A stretch of DNA of 64,000 nt from Eledone cirrhosa (GCA_964016885.1 OZ024748.1:39060001-39124000), one strand, 5' to 3'. Shown: positions 29,019-45,226, counted from the stretch's first letter. The notes: generated by a model not told the origin, from the letters alone. A program made the numbers and translations.

Positions 29019-29396
29019 GATATCCACGGTAAGTTGTGGGGTCTAGTCTGCATGAAGAACTCAGTGTAATCCATATGTTGAAAATGTTGTAGGTTAAAAT
29101 AAATCCCGGAAAACAATAAAACATTAAAAGGAATAATGCATTATTGCTTTTGACAACAGCTGGTGATATGCATGTAAGTAAATATTCTCTTTATCTGATA
29201 TTTTGTAACTAACCTTACATAGATCGATATCGAAGTATATTTACGATGTATTATCATCACCTAGAAACGATTGTAAAGCAGTGAAGTATATTTCTAATGA
29301 CTTGATCTTTTATTTCATTGTTTTAACTTATATCATGACTGTTTTCCTTTTAACGTTTTATTGTTTTCCAGGATTTATTTTAACCTACAACATTTT

Positions 29397-29466
<70 letters not shown>

Positions 29467-29540
29467 GGTGTCCCAAATAAATGTAAACATACTTCAAAAT
29501 CATTCTAATAAATAAGCGTATACATTTTGGGGGAATTTCC

Positions 29541-29636
<96 letters not shown>

Positions 29637-29792
29637 TGAGAGTGAGAGAGAGAGAGAGATAGAGAGAGAAAGAGAGAGAGAGGGAGAGGGGAGAGACAGA
29701 GCGGTAGAACATTGGAAGGTAATATCCGTAGTAGTAAAGCACTCAGTCCATGGGACGAGTTAGGTAGAAGTTGTAATACAACAGTTAGTTCA

Positions 29793-29848
29793 CCATACCG
29801 AGAACAATTGTTTCACCTTAGCGGATCTTCAGTTCGTAATGGATATGG
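29793..29848 (-). ncRNA. Type I hammerhead (family F)
   Basis: cgaa CUGAAGA uccgcuaaggu GAAA caauug UU cucg; one stem I mismatch. Confidence 0.7.
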
Positions 29849-30309
29849 TTATACGGAACAGGAAAGTCAACCGTATGAACACGCATGCGCAGAAACGGTG
29901 ACGTCACCCAGGCAATAAAAAACTGCGTGCGAGAGGTATAAGGGAGATAACTGCGAAAGTCCGAAAGGTTCTAGTTGATAAGAAAATTAGGATGTTGTTC
30001 TTGTTCAATCCGGAGCTTTGTAGTTAAGTAAGATATGTTTCTAGGCATGTGGACAACGTGTGAAGAATTCATTCCTTGAGTTTAGGCAATCGCTATTGTG
30101 CAATCTCTTTAGAATATTTATTCGTTCATCAATACATAGTCCACAAGACAGATTGCCCCTTGCGTATGGCTTGGACTTAGTGATGGCTTTCCATCGAATG
30201 GGGTAGCCTATACTTGAGTCCTTGAGGGACCATACGTGGCTCGCGAGTTTCGTGGATGATCGTTTGGCCGGGTGCCTAAAGGTCGACTGATGGTTCAGGA
30301 AGCGTATAA

Positions 30310-30365
30310 CCATGTCCATTACGAGTTGAGGATCCGCTAAGGTGAAACAATTGTTCTCGGTATGG
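30310..30365 (+). ncRNA. Type I hammerhead (family F), C3U mutated
   Basis: cgag UUGAGGA uccgcuaaggu GAAA caauug UU cucg. Confidence 0.6.
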
Positions 30366-30401
30366 TGAACTAACTGTTGTGTTACCGCTTATATATATAT
30401 A

Positions 30402-31322
<921 letters not shown>

Positions 31323-31343
31323 TTATATTTATAAAACCATATT

Positions 31344-31408
31344 TATTTTATTATATATATTTCAAGGGCGACCAAGCCAATCTTGGTGCGCTTTCATCAG
31401 ATAAAATA
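31344..31408 (-). ncRNA. Type I hammerhead (family C)
   Basis: uauuuuau CUGAUGA aagcgcaccaag..cuuggucgcccuu GAAA uauaua UA auaaaaua. Confidence 0.85.
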
Positions 31409-32309
31409 CAAAATTTGTTTTATAAATAATGACGTACCCATGGAAATCACACCTTAACGGGCGGAAATTCGCTGAATAGTGGAAACTTATTAGGGGTAAT
31501 TCAAAGTTATGTGTGAATATGCAAATGAATGTATGAAAAATTGAAAAAACAACCGTTTATTTAAATTACGCTGGGGAAAGATAGGGAAGAAAGAGAAGAA
31601 AGAGAGAGAGAAAAAATTACTATTATGAGATAGATAGAGATAGAGAGAAGAAAGAAATTTATCAGAGGATGAACTCATGTAACGTAAATAAGTCTTAAGT
31701 TTATATTAATGTTATGTATATTTACTATTATTTTGTTGTTAGAATTCTAATATAATATAATATTTACTATTATAAGTATATAGAAAAAAGGCATACGTCA
31801 AAACGGCCGGTGGCAAAAGTGAAACTAATTTTTGACAGTTACGTATGTCATTACTTTCAATTTGGATTGTGAATTTGGTCGTTTTGACGTATGCCATATA
31901 TATATATATATATAAATACTTCTTTTGGATGTATTTTTTGAATTTACGTAGAAATTGCGCCAAAGTAGGTTTAGTTGTTGCAAACTGTGGTGAGAAAGTT
32001 TGGGGACCACTGGGCCCTGGTTTGAACGTCTGAGAGATAAGACAATGTGATGATAATGATGATGGCTATCACATTTATACTGGCTTTGAAAGTGGTTTCG
32101 AAATATGATCATATACATATATATATATATAAGTTTAAGCGGGGGGTAACCACAGTAAGTAAAGTACTCAATACATAGAGTATAAATATTTAATATAAAA
32201 AGGCTTCTACAGGACTAGAACTGTTTCATTTGCTAGAAATCATCATATATGTATGTGTGTGTGTGTAAACAGGAAACTTCTACAACCCACCACACCCCTA
32301 GACATGGGT

Positions 32310-32447
32310 TTATTTATTTCTTTCAACACACAATGTCATTATTTAAATAAGGATTTTCAATATTTATTTATTTCAACACACAATGTCATTATTTAAATAA
32401 CGATTTTCAATATTTATTTATTTCAACACACAATGTCATTATTTAAA
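32310..32447. repeat. ~49-bp tandem repeat, about 2.7 copies
   Basis: tttcaacacacaatgtcattatttaaa occurs three times. Confidence 0.85.
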
Positions 32448-33448
32448 AAAAAAATTTCCGTACACACAATACACAAAAAAAGAATTAAAAAAAATTATCA
32501 CGTACACGCAATACTAATTAACACCATCAACAAACAAATTCACAATCCAAATTGAAAGTAATGACGTACGTAACTGTCAAAAATTAGTTTCACTTTTGCG
32601 ACCGGCCGTTTTGACGTATGCCTAGAAAAAATAAATATATAGAAACATAAATATATATAAAAATATATTGAAAAATAAATTAAAATAAATAGATATAATG
32701 TAGAAAATAGGAGAATCGATAGATAGAAAAATATAGATAGAAGAATAGATATATGAGTGGATAGATGGGTATAACTTGTTATAGATAATTGTTTTAATAA
32801 GTTATGAGGGATACTGGTTTATATTTAGTGTAAGTAATTAAGTTAACTGAGTTAATAAAAATATGTTAATGTTTTAAATTTGGAAGATACTGAAAATCCC
32901 AGTTTTGTTTTTTTATTAGTTAGTATGAGACCATTTTGACTAAGATATAAATGTTGAAAGATATATTTAGCTAGAATTAGTTATTGGTTATAACTCTAAT
33001 ATTAAATATTAAAAAAGATTAAAAATATTAAAAAATATTAAAAAATATTAAAAATTTTTTTAAAATATTAAAAAATTAAAAATTCTGGAAAAAAAATTTG
33101 TTTATCTCAGAAGATACTCAAAAAAATCCTTTTAAAAAATAAAAAAATAAAAATATTTAAAAAATACCTAAACTATTTGAAATGTTAAAAAATATTTTAA
33201 AATATAAAAAAAATTTTTATAAATATTTATAAAAATAATTTTTAAAAATCTTTAAAAAAACTTTTAAAATATCTTAAAAATCTTTTAAAAGAAATCTTTA
33301 AAACAAAAATCTTTAAAAAAATCTTCAAAAAAATCTTTAAAAAAATCTTTTTAAAAAATCTTTCATGTTTAGTCCAGTTAACTGCTGAGTGGCCTATATC
33401 AGTTATAAACATTTGTTTGTCGGAATTGCAACAAATTAAATACAACTC

Positions 33449-33534
<86 letters not shown>

Positions 33535-33857
33535 TGTAATAAACAACATAACGCAATTATTCCATTTACCAGTGGTTTCTTAAAAGCAAAAAATGTTGCT
33601 TTCAATCATCAGAATGAAAAAATCCTGGTGTATTTATTGATATTGGATTCTAAAAACAAAAATGCAATCTATATGAAAGTGAGGCTGGAGAAAGAAGAAG
33701 CAAAGGAAAAATAAAATAAAAACACACATGCAAACACACACACAATTATATACATACACACATATATATATATATATACATACACACATACATACACACA
33801 CACATATACACATATATATGTGTATATATATACATACATATACACATACATACATAT

Positions 33858-33921
<64 letters not shown>

Positions 33922-33960
33922 GATATTAATAAATGGAAACTATATTTATAAAACCATATT

Positions 33961-34025
33961 TATTTCATTATACATATTTCAGGGATACCAAATTAAATTA
34001 TGGTATGCCTTCATCAGACAAAATA
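33961..34025 (-). ncRNA. Type I hammerhead (family C)
   Basis: Inverted copy of 34350-34414. Confidence 0.82.
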
Positions 34026-34349
34026 CAATATATAACAGTTTTACAAATAAGCTTTGACGTACCCTATTAAAATGCAGCCATTATTTTTAGAAGCCATCCG
34101 GATAGTGAGTTGTTTATATTATTTTAATAAGTCATACTGTTAAGGACAATTAGAAAAAGACGGAGAGAAAGAAAAAGACGGAGAGAGAGAAAGAAAAAAC
34201 GTGGAGAAATATCGTCTTTTTCTAATTGTCCTTAACACTATGACTTATTAAAATAATATAAACAACTCACTATCCGGATGGCTTCCAAAAATAATGGTTG
34301 CATTTTAATAGGGTACGTCAAAGCTTATTTGTAAAACTGTTATATATTG

Positions 34350-34414
34350 TATTTTGTCTGATGAAGGCATACCATAATTTAATTTGGTATCCCTGAAATA
34401 TGTATAATGAAATA
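34350..34414 (+). ncRNA. Type I hammerhead (family C)
   Basis: uauuuugu CUGAUGA aggcauacca..ugguaucccu GAAA uaugua UA augaaaua. Confidence 0.82.
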
Positions 34415-34542
34415 AATATGGTTTTATAAATATAGTTTCCATTTATTAATATCGTATATCTACTCCAAATACTTGTCGAGTGCTTTATATCAGTTATAAA
34501 AATATTTACTTGTTGTATCCCAACAATTTTAAATAGAACTTT

Positions 34543-34582
<40 letters not shown>

Positions 34583-34707
34583 AATATAAATTAGCGAGAA
34601 TCGTATTTCAGCACAGGAATTAACGAAAATCAACGTCCGATATGTGTGGCAAGCGCTCGATGATTCATGTGAATCAGAGCTACAACCTACGTTAAGGGCC
34701 AAACACA

Positions 34708-34743
<36 letters not shown>

Positions 34744-34867
34744 GTTCTATTTAAATTGTTGGGATACAACAAGCAAATATTTTTATAACTGATATAAAGC
34801 ACTCAACAAATAATTGGAGTAAAAGTACGATATTAACAAATGGAAACTATATTTATAAAACCATATT

Positions 34868-34932
34868 TATTTCATTATACATATTTCAAGGACACCAAGT
34901 TAAATTATGGTGTGCTTTCATCAGATAAAATA
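34868..34932 (-). ncRNA. Type I hammerhead (family C)
   Basis: Inverted copy of 35052-35116. Confidence 0.82.
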
Positions 34933-35051
34933 TAATATAGAGCAGTTTTATAAATAAATGTTGACATACCCTTAAAGAATGCAACCATTACTGTAATGGT
35001 TGCATTCTTTAAGGGTATGTCAACATTTATTTATAAAACTGCTCTATATTA

Positions 35052-35116
35052 TATTTTATCTGATGAAAGCACACCATAATTTAACTTGGTGTCCTTGAAA
35101 TATGTATAATGAAATA
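35052..35116 (+). ncRNA. Type I hammerhead (family C)
   Basis: uauuuuau CUGAUGA aagcacacca..ugguguccuu GAAA uaugua UA augaaaua. Confidence 0.82.
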
Positions 35117-35547
35117 AATATGGTTTTATAAATATAGTTTCCATTTGTTAATATCGTATATATATATATATATATATATAAAGCTTTCATGAGCGCCCTT
35201 TTTTTTAGGTAAAAAGAAATTCAAACACACACACACAACACACACACACACACACACACGCGCACACACACACAAGCACACAAATAAACATACATATCTT
35301 TACTTTCTTTATTCAATAGAAAATTTGAATTCTGACACCCCAGCGAACTAACCATATTCACTGAACCAGAACAATTCTCCCATCCCATTTCTCTTGACCA
35401 TTATCTTTTACTTATCATAAAATTCTCTAAAAAGGCTACAGAATGGATTTCCAAATAAGGGCGCGATAATTTAATGAAAACTTGTTCACGTGACAGCCAT
35501 AATTTCATTTATAACCAATCAAATTACGTTTATTAAAAAAAGCCTTC

Positions 35548-36594
35548 GTGAGCCCCCTTTTTTTAAGTAAAAAGAAATTCAAACCATCATATATGAAAAA
35601 ACCACCTGTGACACCCCACCCCCCTTGTTTGAAGAACTTTATGATACTACCTGGGAAAAGTAGGACCAGCTTTATCCAACTGGATATCGCAGGCTACTAC
35701 TCCTCAATCTCACCCATAGTACTCAATAAGACCCTATTTTTAGCGATGTCCAATACGGACCTAACCCGAGAGGAGGTGAGCATCATCCACGCCGCACAAA
35801 AGACCTTGATCCGTTTCGATGGAGACCTGTGGACCAGGAGTGATTGGCCAAATAACTTTGACATCACGATGGGCTCCAGCGACTCCGCACAGGTAACGGA
35901 CCTGGTTGGGCTCTTCCTGCTGAAGCACATAAAATATGAAATCCCCTGCCTGGGCGGCGGATTATATCGTGACGATGCTCTCTTCACAGTCTATGACCAC
36001 AGCACCACTATGGTGGAGAGAATGAAGAGGCGTATTCGCCATTTCTTTAAGAACCAGCTCAGTATCGAATTAGACCCAAATAGAAAGGTAGTTAACTTCC
36101 TAGACACCACCCTAAACCTGAACACCGAGCAATACTATCCCTACCACAAGCCCAACGAGAAACTTGTGTATGCTAACGCCAAGTCAAACCACCCTAGATC
36201 CATAACCAAGGCCGTGGTGAAGAGTGTCTTGGACAGGATCTCCAGCCTGTCTGCAAATAAGGAAATCTTCGATAACAACGCGGAATATTACAACGCAGCT
36301 CTAAATAAGGCGCCACATGGCCAAAATATATCATATAGTCCGAGGCGCCGGGATGGAGATGGCCCAACGGACGCCCCCACCCACGTTGTCTGGGAGGTGG
36401 CGAATCCTAACAATACAGGCAGAATGGCAACAACTAAGCACCATGAGCCCGACACCACCACATGGGCGAGGGTGACGAGTACGCATAACCATGGGGGGAA
36501 ACCCAATACGAGTAGCGGTCTCAGGGGTGATACTAACCACCCCGGGCCCGACGCCACCAGCCGCCAGACACGTGGGGGGACCATCCCATCGTAG
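35548..36594 (+). pseudogene. PLE reverse transcriptase (partial)
   Basis: YRDD catalytic motif and flanking PLE RT motifs; the first ~25 codons are flanking DNA. Confidence 0.92.
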
Positions 36595-37006
36595 AGCTCC
36601 ACGCGCGGGCAACAACCACCCCACATATTCGGGCCGAGAAGGTAGCAAAACACATAGCGCCCAAAGGGGAAGCAATAATGCGGGAACCACTAGCAACCCA
36701 ACAACTCCCCGACAGCCCACCCACATAGGAGTAGACGCAGAAAAATCACGTGGTACAACCCACCCTACTCAGCGGCCCTAAAGAACAGCTTGGCCCGCTC
36801 GTTCTTTTGAGCACTTGATAAATGCTTCCCGAGGGACCATAGATACCACAAGATCTTCAACAGACACACTGTGAAGCTCGCGTATTCTACCACGAGAAAT
36901 GTGGCCCAACACATAGCTAGCATCAACCGAAGTAGACTTAAAAACCATACACAACCAGAAGCTTCCAATATAAGCACCCGGCAGAACCACGTGGAAGGAA
37001 AGAAGG

Positions 37007-37609
37007 GTGGTCCCAGTGCCCACCCAAGAAACCCAAACAGACCCAGGGACCACCCCCCCCCACACACACACACCGGGACCGGGGGAAGACCACCATATAA
37101 CACGTAACGGGAACCCCACACTAGGCACGCAGAGATCGACCACCTTCTGCAACTGCAGAAACCCCGAATTATGCCCCCTTGGTAATGAATGCCTTAGAAT
37201 GAACCTAATATACGGATGTAGAGTAAAAAACCCCAACTCTGAACACCTTTACATAGGAGCCACATCAACGAGCTTTAAAGATCGATGGTATAACCATCGC
37301 CATTCCCTCAATGGGGAGGACAAATGGAAAAGTACAGCTCTTTCCGATCTGATCTGGAAGCTTAAACTGGACAGGACCCCGTACTCTCTGGTCTGGTCCA
37401 TAATCAGGAAAGTACCACCTGATAAAGGGGGATCTGGCCTCTACAAACTATGTCTGAGCGAGACCCTTGAGATACTAAGAGGTGGAAGCAGCCTGATAAA
37501 CCTCAAGACCGACTTCTTCGGGACATGTAGACACCTCAGGGCCGGGACCTTCCTCAAGCTATATGGACAGCAACAACACCATAGGTTGGGAACTCCACTC
37601 AAGCTATAG
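37007..37609 (+). pseudogene. PLE GIY-YIG endonuclease (frameshifted from RT)
   Basis: CNCR..CPL..CL, LIY..LYIG, TALSDLIWKLK, LCLSE, CRH. Confidence 0.92.
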
Positions 37610-38893
37610 GGACCCATCCGGAGACATGCAGACACCTCAGGGCCGGGCCCTTCCTCATGCTATGTGGATAATAACAAAACATTGGGATGGGAACTTCCCT
37701 CTAGCTTTAAGGACAGCAGCCCCACCATACCACTGCCTCGATCGACCCCTGTGACAACACATACTTGTGCATATGTCCATACATAGATACTGTTATTTAA
37801 GATTGTACATGCACAGATACTTACATGTGTGTGTGCGGATGGGTGGGTGTGCGTGGGCACGTGGGTGTGTGTATGTGTACGTGTGTGTATGCGGATGTGG
37901 GTGTGTGGGTTTATAATGTGTGTGTATGGGTGTGTGTGTGGGGGGTGCTTAGGGGATTCACCTGAGCCTGTGCCTCTGCGTGTGTGCTTGGGACGATGTG
38001 AGTTGACATACACGCATGGGAGCTCCATGCCAAAATGGGAACTGTAGTCCTCTGCATTTCCGGATTTTAACACTCGGGTTATGGGGTATTACACTCCACC
38101 CTTGTCTCATTTGCTCTTAAAACGCACCACACCATGATAGTCTAAAGATTGATTCTGACACAGCCTTTCTAATTCGGTCAACATCTTCCAAATCTTTCTA
38201 ACTTTGAGATTGGTTATAACACACACACATTTTATTTGACTATCTTATTTTATTCTTTTATTATCTTATTCCTTCTACCATTTTATCATTTTTTTGTTTA
38301 TTTATTTGCTTATCTTATTTTATTTTATCTTATTTTATTTTACTCTATTTTACTTTTTTATTTCTTTATTTTATTCTTATTTTTTAGTCTTTTACCTTTT
38401 CATTTCATTTTATTGTTCTCTTCATTTTTTTATTTTTTTAGTTTATTTTATTGCCTTTTATTTCCCCATTTTACTGTATCTTATTTCTTAGTACGCTTGG
38501 CACCCCCCCCCCACCACCACCACGAGAAATGGTGGCAGGATAGATGCCAACACACACACATAGATCCTTCTAAAATTAGCAGCAGCCGGACTTAAGCTGA
38601 CACAAACACCAACACCACTACAACATAAGGGTAGAGGTCAGATATACTTAACAATAACAAAAACAACCACTACAGATTGCTTCGCCTCAGAAATAATCTC
38701 TTGACAGAGGAATGTTCTCACAACTGATCAATGGGAGGAGAGGATGTCCTTTGACGCTGAAATTCGTTTGTTTGAATTCATATGATTCCAGTTCCTCAGA
38801 GAAATAACAACCCAACCAGGAACTTGACATATCAGAGTATTGACGAAGTTAAGCACCTCAACATGTGTACCCGTCTCTACCACACTAATTCGG

Positions 38894-38948
38894 ACTGCCT
38901 GAAGAGGTCACAGCCAAAGATGGCTGTCACCGAAATATATATAGCAGT
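38894..38948 (+). ncRNA. Type I hammerhead (family D)
   Basis: acugc CUGAAGA ggucacagcca-aaga-uggcugucacc GAAA uauaua UA gcagu. Confidence 0.9.
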
Positions 38949-39016
38949 AATTAACGAAGCCAAATTTTAAATATTTGACTTATCTATTTTATTTTATATA
39001 TATATATGTATATATA

Positions 39017-39745
<729 letters not shown>

Positions 39746-39752
39746 AATATAT

Positions 39753-39801
<49 letters not shown>

Positions 39802-39946
39802 ATACTTTGGGAGGGGCATGTTGCCAATAAGAAACACACGCACCAGTTGCTTTCACTTCAATTTATTATAATACATTTATAAATTTAGGAATTTATAAAT
39901 TTCCGGTTGGTTGGTTGGTTGCTCAACCAGATGGTTGTTTATATAT

Positions 39947-39990
39947 TGTCAAAGTTCTTTCGTCACACATTCTGTGACCTCTTCAGTGAC
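39947..39990 (-). ncRNA. Type I hammerhead (family E)
   Basis: Inverted copy of 41970-42012. Confidence 0.72.
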
Positions 39991-40063
39991 TGGGGATTCT
40001 TTTCTTTGTTTTTGTTCCTATCCTTTGTTCTGTCCTACGCCATCATGTTTCTGTATATATATA

Positions 40064-40502
40064 TTAGAATTTAGCTTCTAGCGTAGCTGTATACAGATAT
40101 GCATTCGTATTTCTAAAGAAATATAGTATGTTTATATATAAACATTTAGAAAGCCGTAGCTATGCAAAAGCACTGGCAGCTAACGCCGCCTTGCGGTGTC
40201 CAGCAGAAGCAAGGATGAGAATCGTCGATTCATTTCGAACTGAACTGGTTCTCTTCAGGACAGTTCCTTTCGCTCTTGCAACAGCTGGACTTGAAAACAG
40301 GCGAGAATATATAGTTTTTTCGTCTGTGTAAATGTGGTGATTAATCTCATTTGCAAATGAAGCTGTATAACTTGGCTCGACTTATAATAGAATAGAATTA
40401 GAATTTAGCTTCGAGCATAGCTGTATACAGAAATGTATTAGAATTTCGTATTTCTAAAGAAATACGGTATGTTTATAAAGAAATATTTAGAAAGCCATAG
40501 CG
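40064..40502 (-). mobile_element. Retrozyme-like partial tandem (~333 bp unit)
   Basis: attagaatttagcttc...atttagaaagcc at ~40064-40160 and ~40396-40500, hammerhead in between. Confidence 0.7.
40220..40265 (-). ncRNA. Type I hammerhead
   Basis: aacuguc CUGAAGA gaac-caguuca-guuc GAAA ugaa UC gacgauu. Confidence 0.8.
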
Positions 40503-40653
40503 GATTTGTTTGGCCGATTTGGCTTATATCCCCGCAAATTGAGATTTGAAGTTAAGTCTAATATATCTTATTACTGCTCTGAGTGGATAATTTATCAATA
40601 TATCTTATCCTTTTATTGAGATGCTTACCTTAGAGACAGTTAACTTAATAGAG

Positions 40654-40746
<93 letters not shown>

Positions 40747-41615
40747 AATAGACATAAAGACACACATACGCACAGCTAAAAGTATGCGCAGTCCAGGTAC
40801 ACAGCTTATAAAGACAAACTGGGGTAAAACAGAACAAAGAGGAGACATTAGTGGCTGAAGAGGTCACAGAATGTGTGACGAAATAACTTTAAAAATTAAC
40901 AACTTAACAAACATCGGTTATTAAAGTAATTGACGGAAAAATTAGTTGATTAACTAATAATAATAAATTGAAGTAAAACTCTACTTGTGCATATGACCGT
41001 CCCAAAGTATAACACTATATGTCTCAACACACGTTTTCACATAAAAAATCTTGCAAAACAAATACAAGAAGCGAATTATATATATATATGTGTGTGTGCA
41101 CGTGTGTCTGTGTGCTTATGTGTTTGTGTGTGTGTCTGTCTATGTGTATGGGTCTGTGTGTCTGACCGTGTGTGTGTGTGCATGTGTGTGGGGGGTGTCT
41201 GCTGTATGTCTATGTGTGTGTGTGTGTGTGTGTCTGTGTGTCTGTGTGTGTGTGTCTGTGTGTGTGTCTGCGTGTCTGTATGTGTGTGTGTGTGTCTGTG
41301 TGTGTGTCTGTGTGTGTGTGTCTGCGTGTCTGTATGTGTGTGTGTGTGTGTCTGTGTGTGTGTGTGTCTGCGTGTATATGTGTGTGTGTGTGTGTGTGTC
41401 TGTCGGTGTGTGTCCGTCTGTCTGTCTATGTGTGTGTGTGTGGGTATGTGTAGATATTCGCGTACTCATCCATACATATATATATATATGTGTGTGTCTC
41501 TATGTGTGTGTGTGTGTCCGCGTATCTGTGTGTGTGTATGTGTCTGTCTGTGTCTGCCTGTCTGCCTGTCTGTCTATGTGTGTGTGTGTGTCTGCCTGTC
41601 TGCATGTCTGTCTAT

Positions 41616-41647
<32 letters not shown>

Positions 41648-41969
41648 CTGCGTCTGCCTGTCTGTCTGTCTGTCTATGTGTGTGTGTGTATGTGTAGATA
41701 TTCGCGTACTCATCCATACATATATATATATGTGTGTGTGTCTGTGTGTGTGTGTCTGTGTGTCTGTGTCTGCCTGTCTATCTATGTGTGTCAGCCATAT
41801 ATATATATATGTCAGCCATATATATATATATATGTGTGTGTGTCTGTCTCTCTGTGTGTGCGTGTATGTGTGTGTATGTGTAGATATTCACATACTCAGC
41901 CATATATATATATATGTGTGTGTCTGTCTGAACAAAGGAGAGGCACAAAAACAAAGAAAAGAATCCCCA

Positions 41970-42012
41970 GTCACTGAAGAGGTCACAGAATGTGTGACGA
42001 AAGAACTTTGAC
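41970..42012 (+). ncRNA. Type I hammerhead (family E)
   Basis: guca CUGAAGA g gucaca-gaaug-ugugac GAAA gaac UU ugac; degenerate copy at ~40851-40892. Confidence 0.72.
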
Positions 42013-42220
42013 AATATATAAACAACCATCTCGTTGTGGAACCAACCAACCAACCGGAAATTTATAAATTCCTAAATTTATAAATTTATTATAATAAATT
42101 GAAGTGAAAGCAACTGGTGCGTGTGTTTCTTATTGGCAACATGACCCTCCCAAAGTATAACAATATCGGTTTCAACATACGTTTTCAGATAAAGAATCTT
42201 GCTAAACAAATTCAGAAACG

Positions 42221-42262
<42 letters not shown>

Positions 42263-42389
42263 ATATATATATATATAAATATATATGTGAAGTAATTCCG
42301 TCGGAAAAGTCCAGGAAAAAAAGAGTGCTCTATGTAGGTAACAGAGCTTAATAGTTATGTAATAAACAACATAAGGCAATTATTTCATT

Positions 42390-43142
42390 TACCAGTGGTT
42401 TCTTAAAAGCAAAAAAATTTTGCTTTTAATCATCAGAATAAAAAAATCCTGGCGTATTTATTGACGTTGGATTTTAAAAACAAAGATGCAATCTATATGA
42501 AAGTGAGGCTGGAAAAGGAAGAAGGAAAATAAAAATAAAATAAAAACACACATGCAAACACACACACACACACACAATTATATACATACACATATATATA
42601 TATATATATATATACATACACACATACATACACACACACATACACACACACACACACACACATATATGTGTATATATATACACATACACATACATACACA
42701 CATAAATATCAACATATCCATACATACACATACAAATATACAACCACACACATATATATATATATATATACACATACACATACATAACCATACACACATA
42801 CATATACATACATTCATACATACATACACACAATCATACGTATATACACACGTACATACATACACATACATACACACATATATATATATGCATACATACG
42901 CATGCACAAAAATATAAATATATATTTGATGCCTGTATCGCTGTCAACATATTTTTTCTTATATTTATTTGTGTGTGTGAGTATGTAGAGGTGTGTGTAT
43001 ATATTTCTATTTTTGTGCATGCGTATGTATGCATATATATATGTGTGTATGTATGTGTATGTATGTACGTGTGTATATACGTATGATTGTGTGTATGTAT
43101 GTATGTATGTATGTATATGTATGTGTGTATGGCTATGTATGT

Positions 43143-43191
<49 letters not shown>

Positions 43192-43325
43192 GTTGTATAT
43201 TGGTATGTGTATGTATGGATATGTTGATATTTATGTGTGTATGTATGTGTATATGTATGTGTATGTGTATATATATACATATATATATGTGTGTGTGTGT
43301 ATATGTGTGTGTGTATGTATGTGTG

Positions 43326-43371
<46 letters not shown>

Positions 43372-43552
43372 ATTGTGTGTGTGTGTGTGTTTGCATATGT
43401 GTTGTTATTTTATTTTTCCTTTCCTTCTTCCTTTTCCAGCCTCACTTTCATATAGATTGCATCTTTGTTTTTAAAATCCAACGTCAATAAATACGCCAGG
43501 ATTTTTTCATTCTGATGATTGAAAGCTAAATTTTTTTGTTTTTAAGAAACCA
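42390..43552. repeat. Inverted duplication, ~500 bp arms rich in microsatellite
   Basis: ~42395-42915 mirrors ~43005-43552; single relative at 33530-33870. Confidence 0.85.
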
Positions 43553-44437
<885 letters not shown>

Positions 44438-44448
44438 AAATATATATA

Positions 44449-45225
44449 TCTATATATATAAAACAGAGGATGTCTGTGTGTCTGTTTCCCTAAAACTCGA
44501 GAAGTACCCAACCGGTTTTCTTCAAACTTTATACATGTAACTCGTTGACCCCGGAAGTGTTTTGAGCCAAAAAAATTTCAAATTTTCAATGCCCTGGGGA
44601 CCGCATTAGGCGATTTAGCGATCTCTTTCTCTTTCTCTTTTTAGATAGATACATAGATATGACGTCGCGCCTTCATAATATCTGTCTGTATGCCTGACTG
44701 TCTGCATTACGTCATCATGACGCGATCAGTGTGTGTGTGTGTATATATATTCTTATGCCAGGGAACGTCTTCACGAACCAAAGTATCGTCTTCCTGTTTT
44801 CCAGATTGATTTTTTTAGTTTAACAAGATCCCGTTAAGGTTGAAAGCAGCGATTCTTTGCTTAAACATTAATATGTTATTTTAATATAGATATTCGTGTA
44901 CAGATATTTTTGCATACACAAAAACAAAATATAAACAAACAAGGCCAAAGATTACATCAATTAGTCTTAGCGTATGTACTTCATACTGCTTTTAGGTAGA
45001 ATATCCCGTTAAGGGTGAAAGCAGTGATTCTTTGCTTAAACTTTAGTCTGTTATTTTAATATATATATATATATAATTTTATATTTATGGACAGATATTT
45101 TTGCATACACAATAACAAAATATAAACAAACGTATTTATTTCACGAGGTTCGATAAGGATAAATATATATCACATATTTAAGAACCCTATAGCAAATCCC
45201 GAGCAACGCCGGGCCATTCTGCTAG
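44449..45225 (+). mobile_element. Non-autonomous Helitron
   Basis: 5' A|TCTATATATATAAAACAGAG; 3' hairpin cccgagcaacgccggg then CTAG|T; relative at 56490-57305. Confidence 0.85.
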
Positions 45226-45226
45226 T

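Larger units (their letters stand above)
29770..30388 (-). mobile_element. Short PLE: GIY-YIG C-terminus flanked by inverted hammerhead-bearing repeats
   Basis: 30041-30319 RF.NHQSTF..TKLASHVWSLK..IRW..PY..CGLC..E..CPH; 29770-29856 is an inverted copy of 30303-30388. Confidence 0.88.
33918..34545. mobile_element. Fold-back PLE 3'-end element (arms ~33918-34160 / 34213-34457, plus tail)
   Basis: Inverted arms homologous to 27350-27595. Confidence 0.85.
34740..35156. mobile_element. Palindromic PLE 3'-end element (34827-35156, centre ~34991) plus tail
   Basis: aatgcaaccattac-t-gtaatggttgcatt at the centre; arms ~165 bp. Confidence 0.88.
35625..38975 (+). mobile_element. Penelope-like (Naiad-type) retroelement, 5'-truncated: RT, GIY-YIG and 3' UTR
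   Basis: RT FIQLDIAGYYSSI, ITMGSSDSAQ, GLYRDD, VNFLD, SNHP; linker; CNCRNPELCPLGNECL, IY..YIGAT..RWYNH; 3' extent inferred from the terminal hammerhead. Confidence 0.88.

Noticed and set aside
29464-29542. Tiny Tc1-like MITE (TA-CAGGGTGTCCC...)
   Set aside because: Inverted ends too degenerate and single copy here.
32195-32250. Minus-strand UGAUGA..GAAAC..GUC, with a relative at ~2370-2420
   Set aside because: 5' strand of stem I and C3 are replaced by microsatellite; incomplete.
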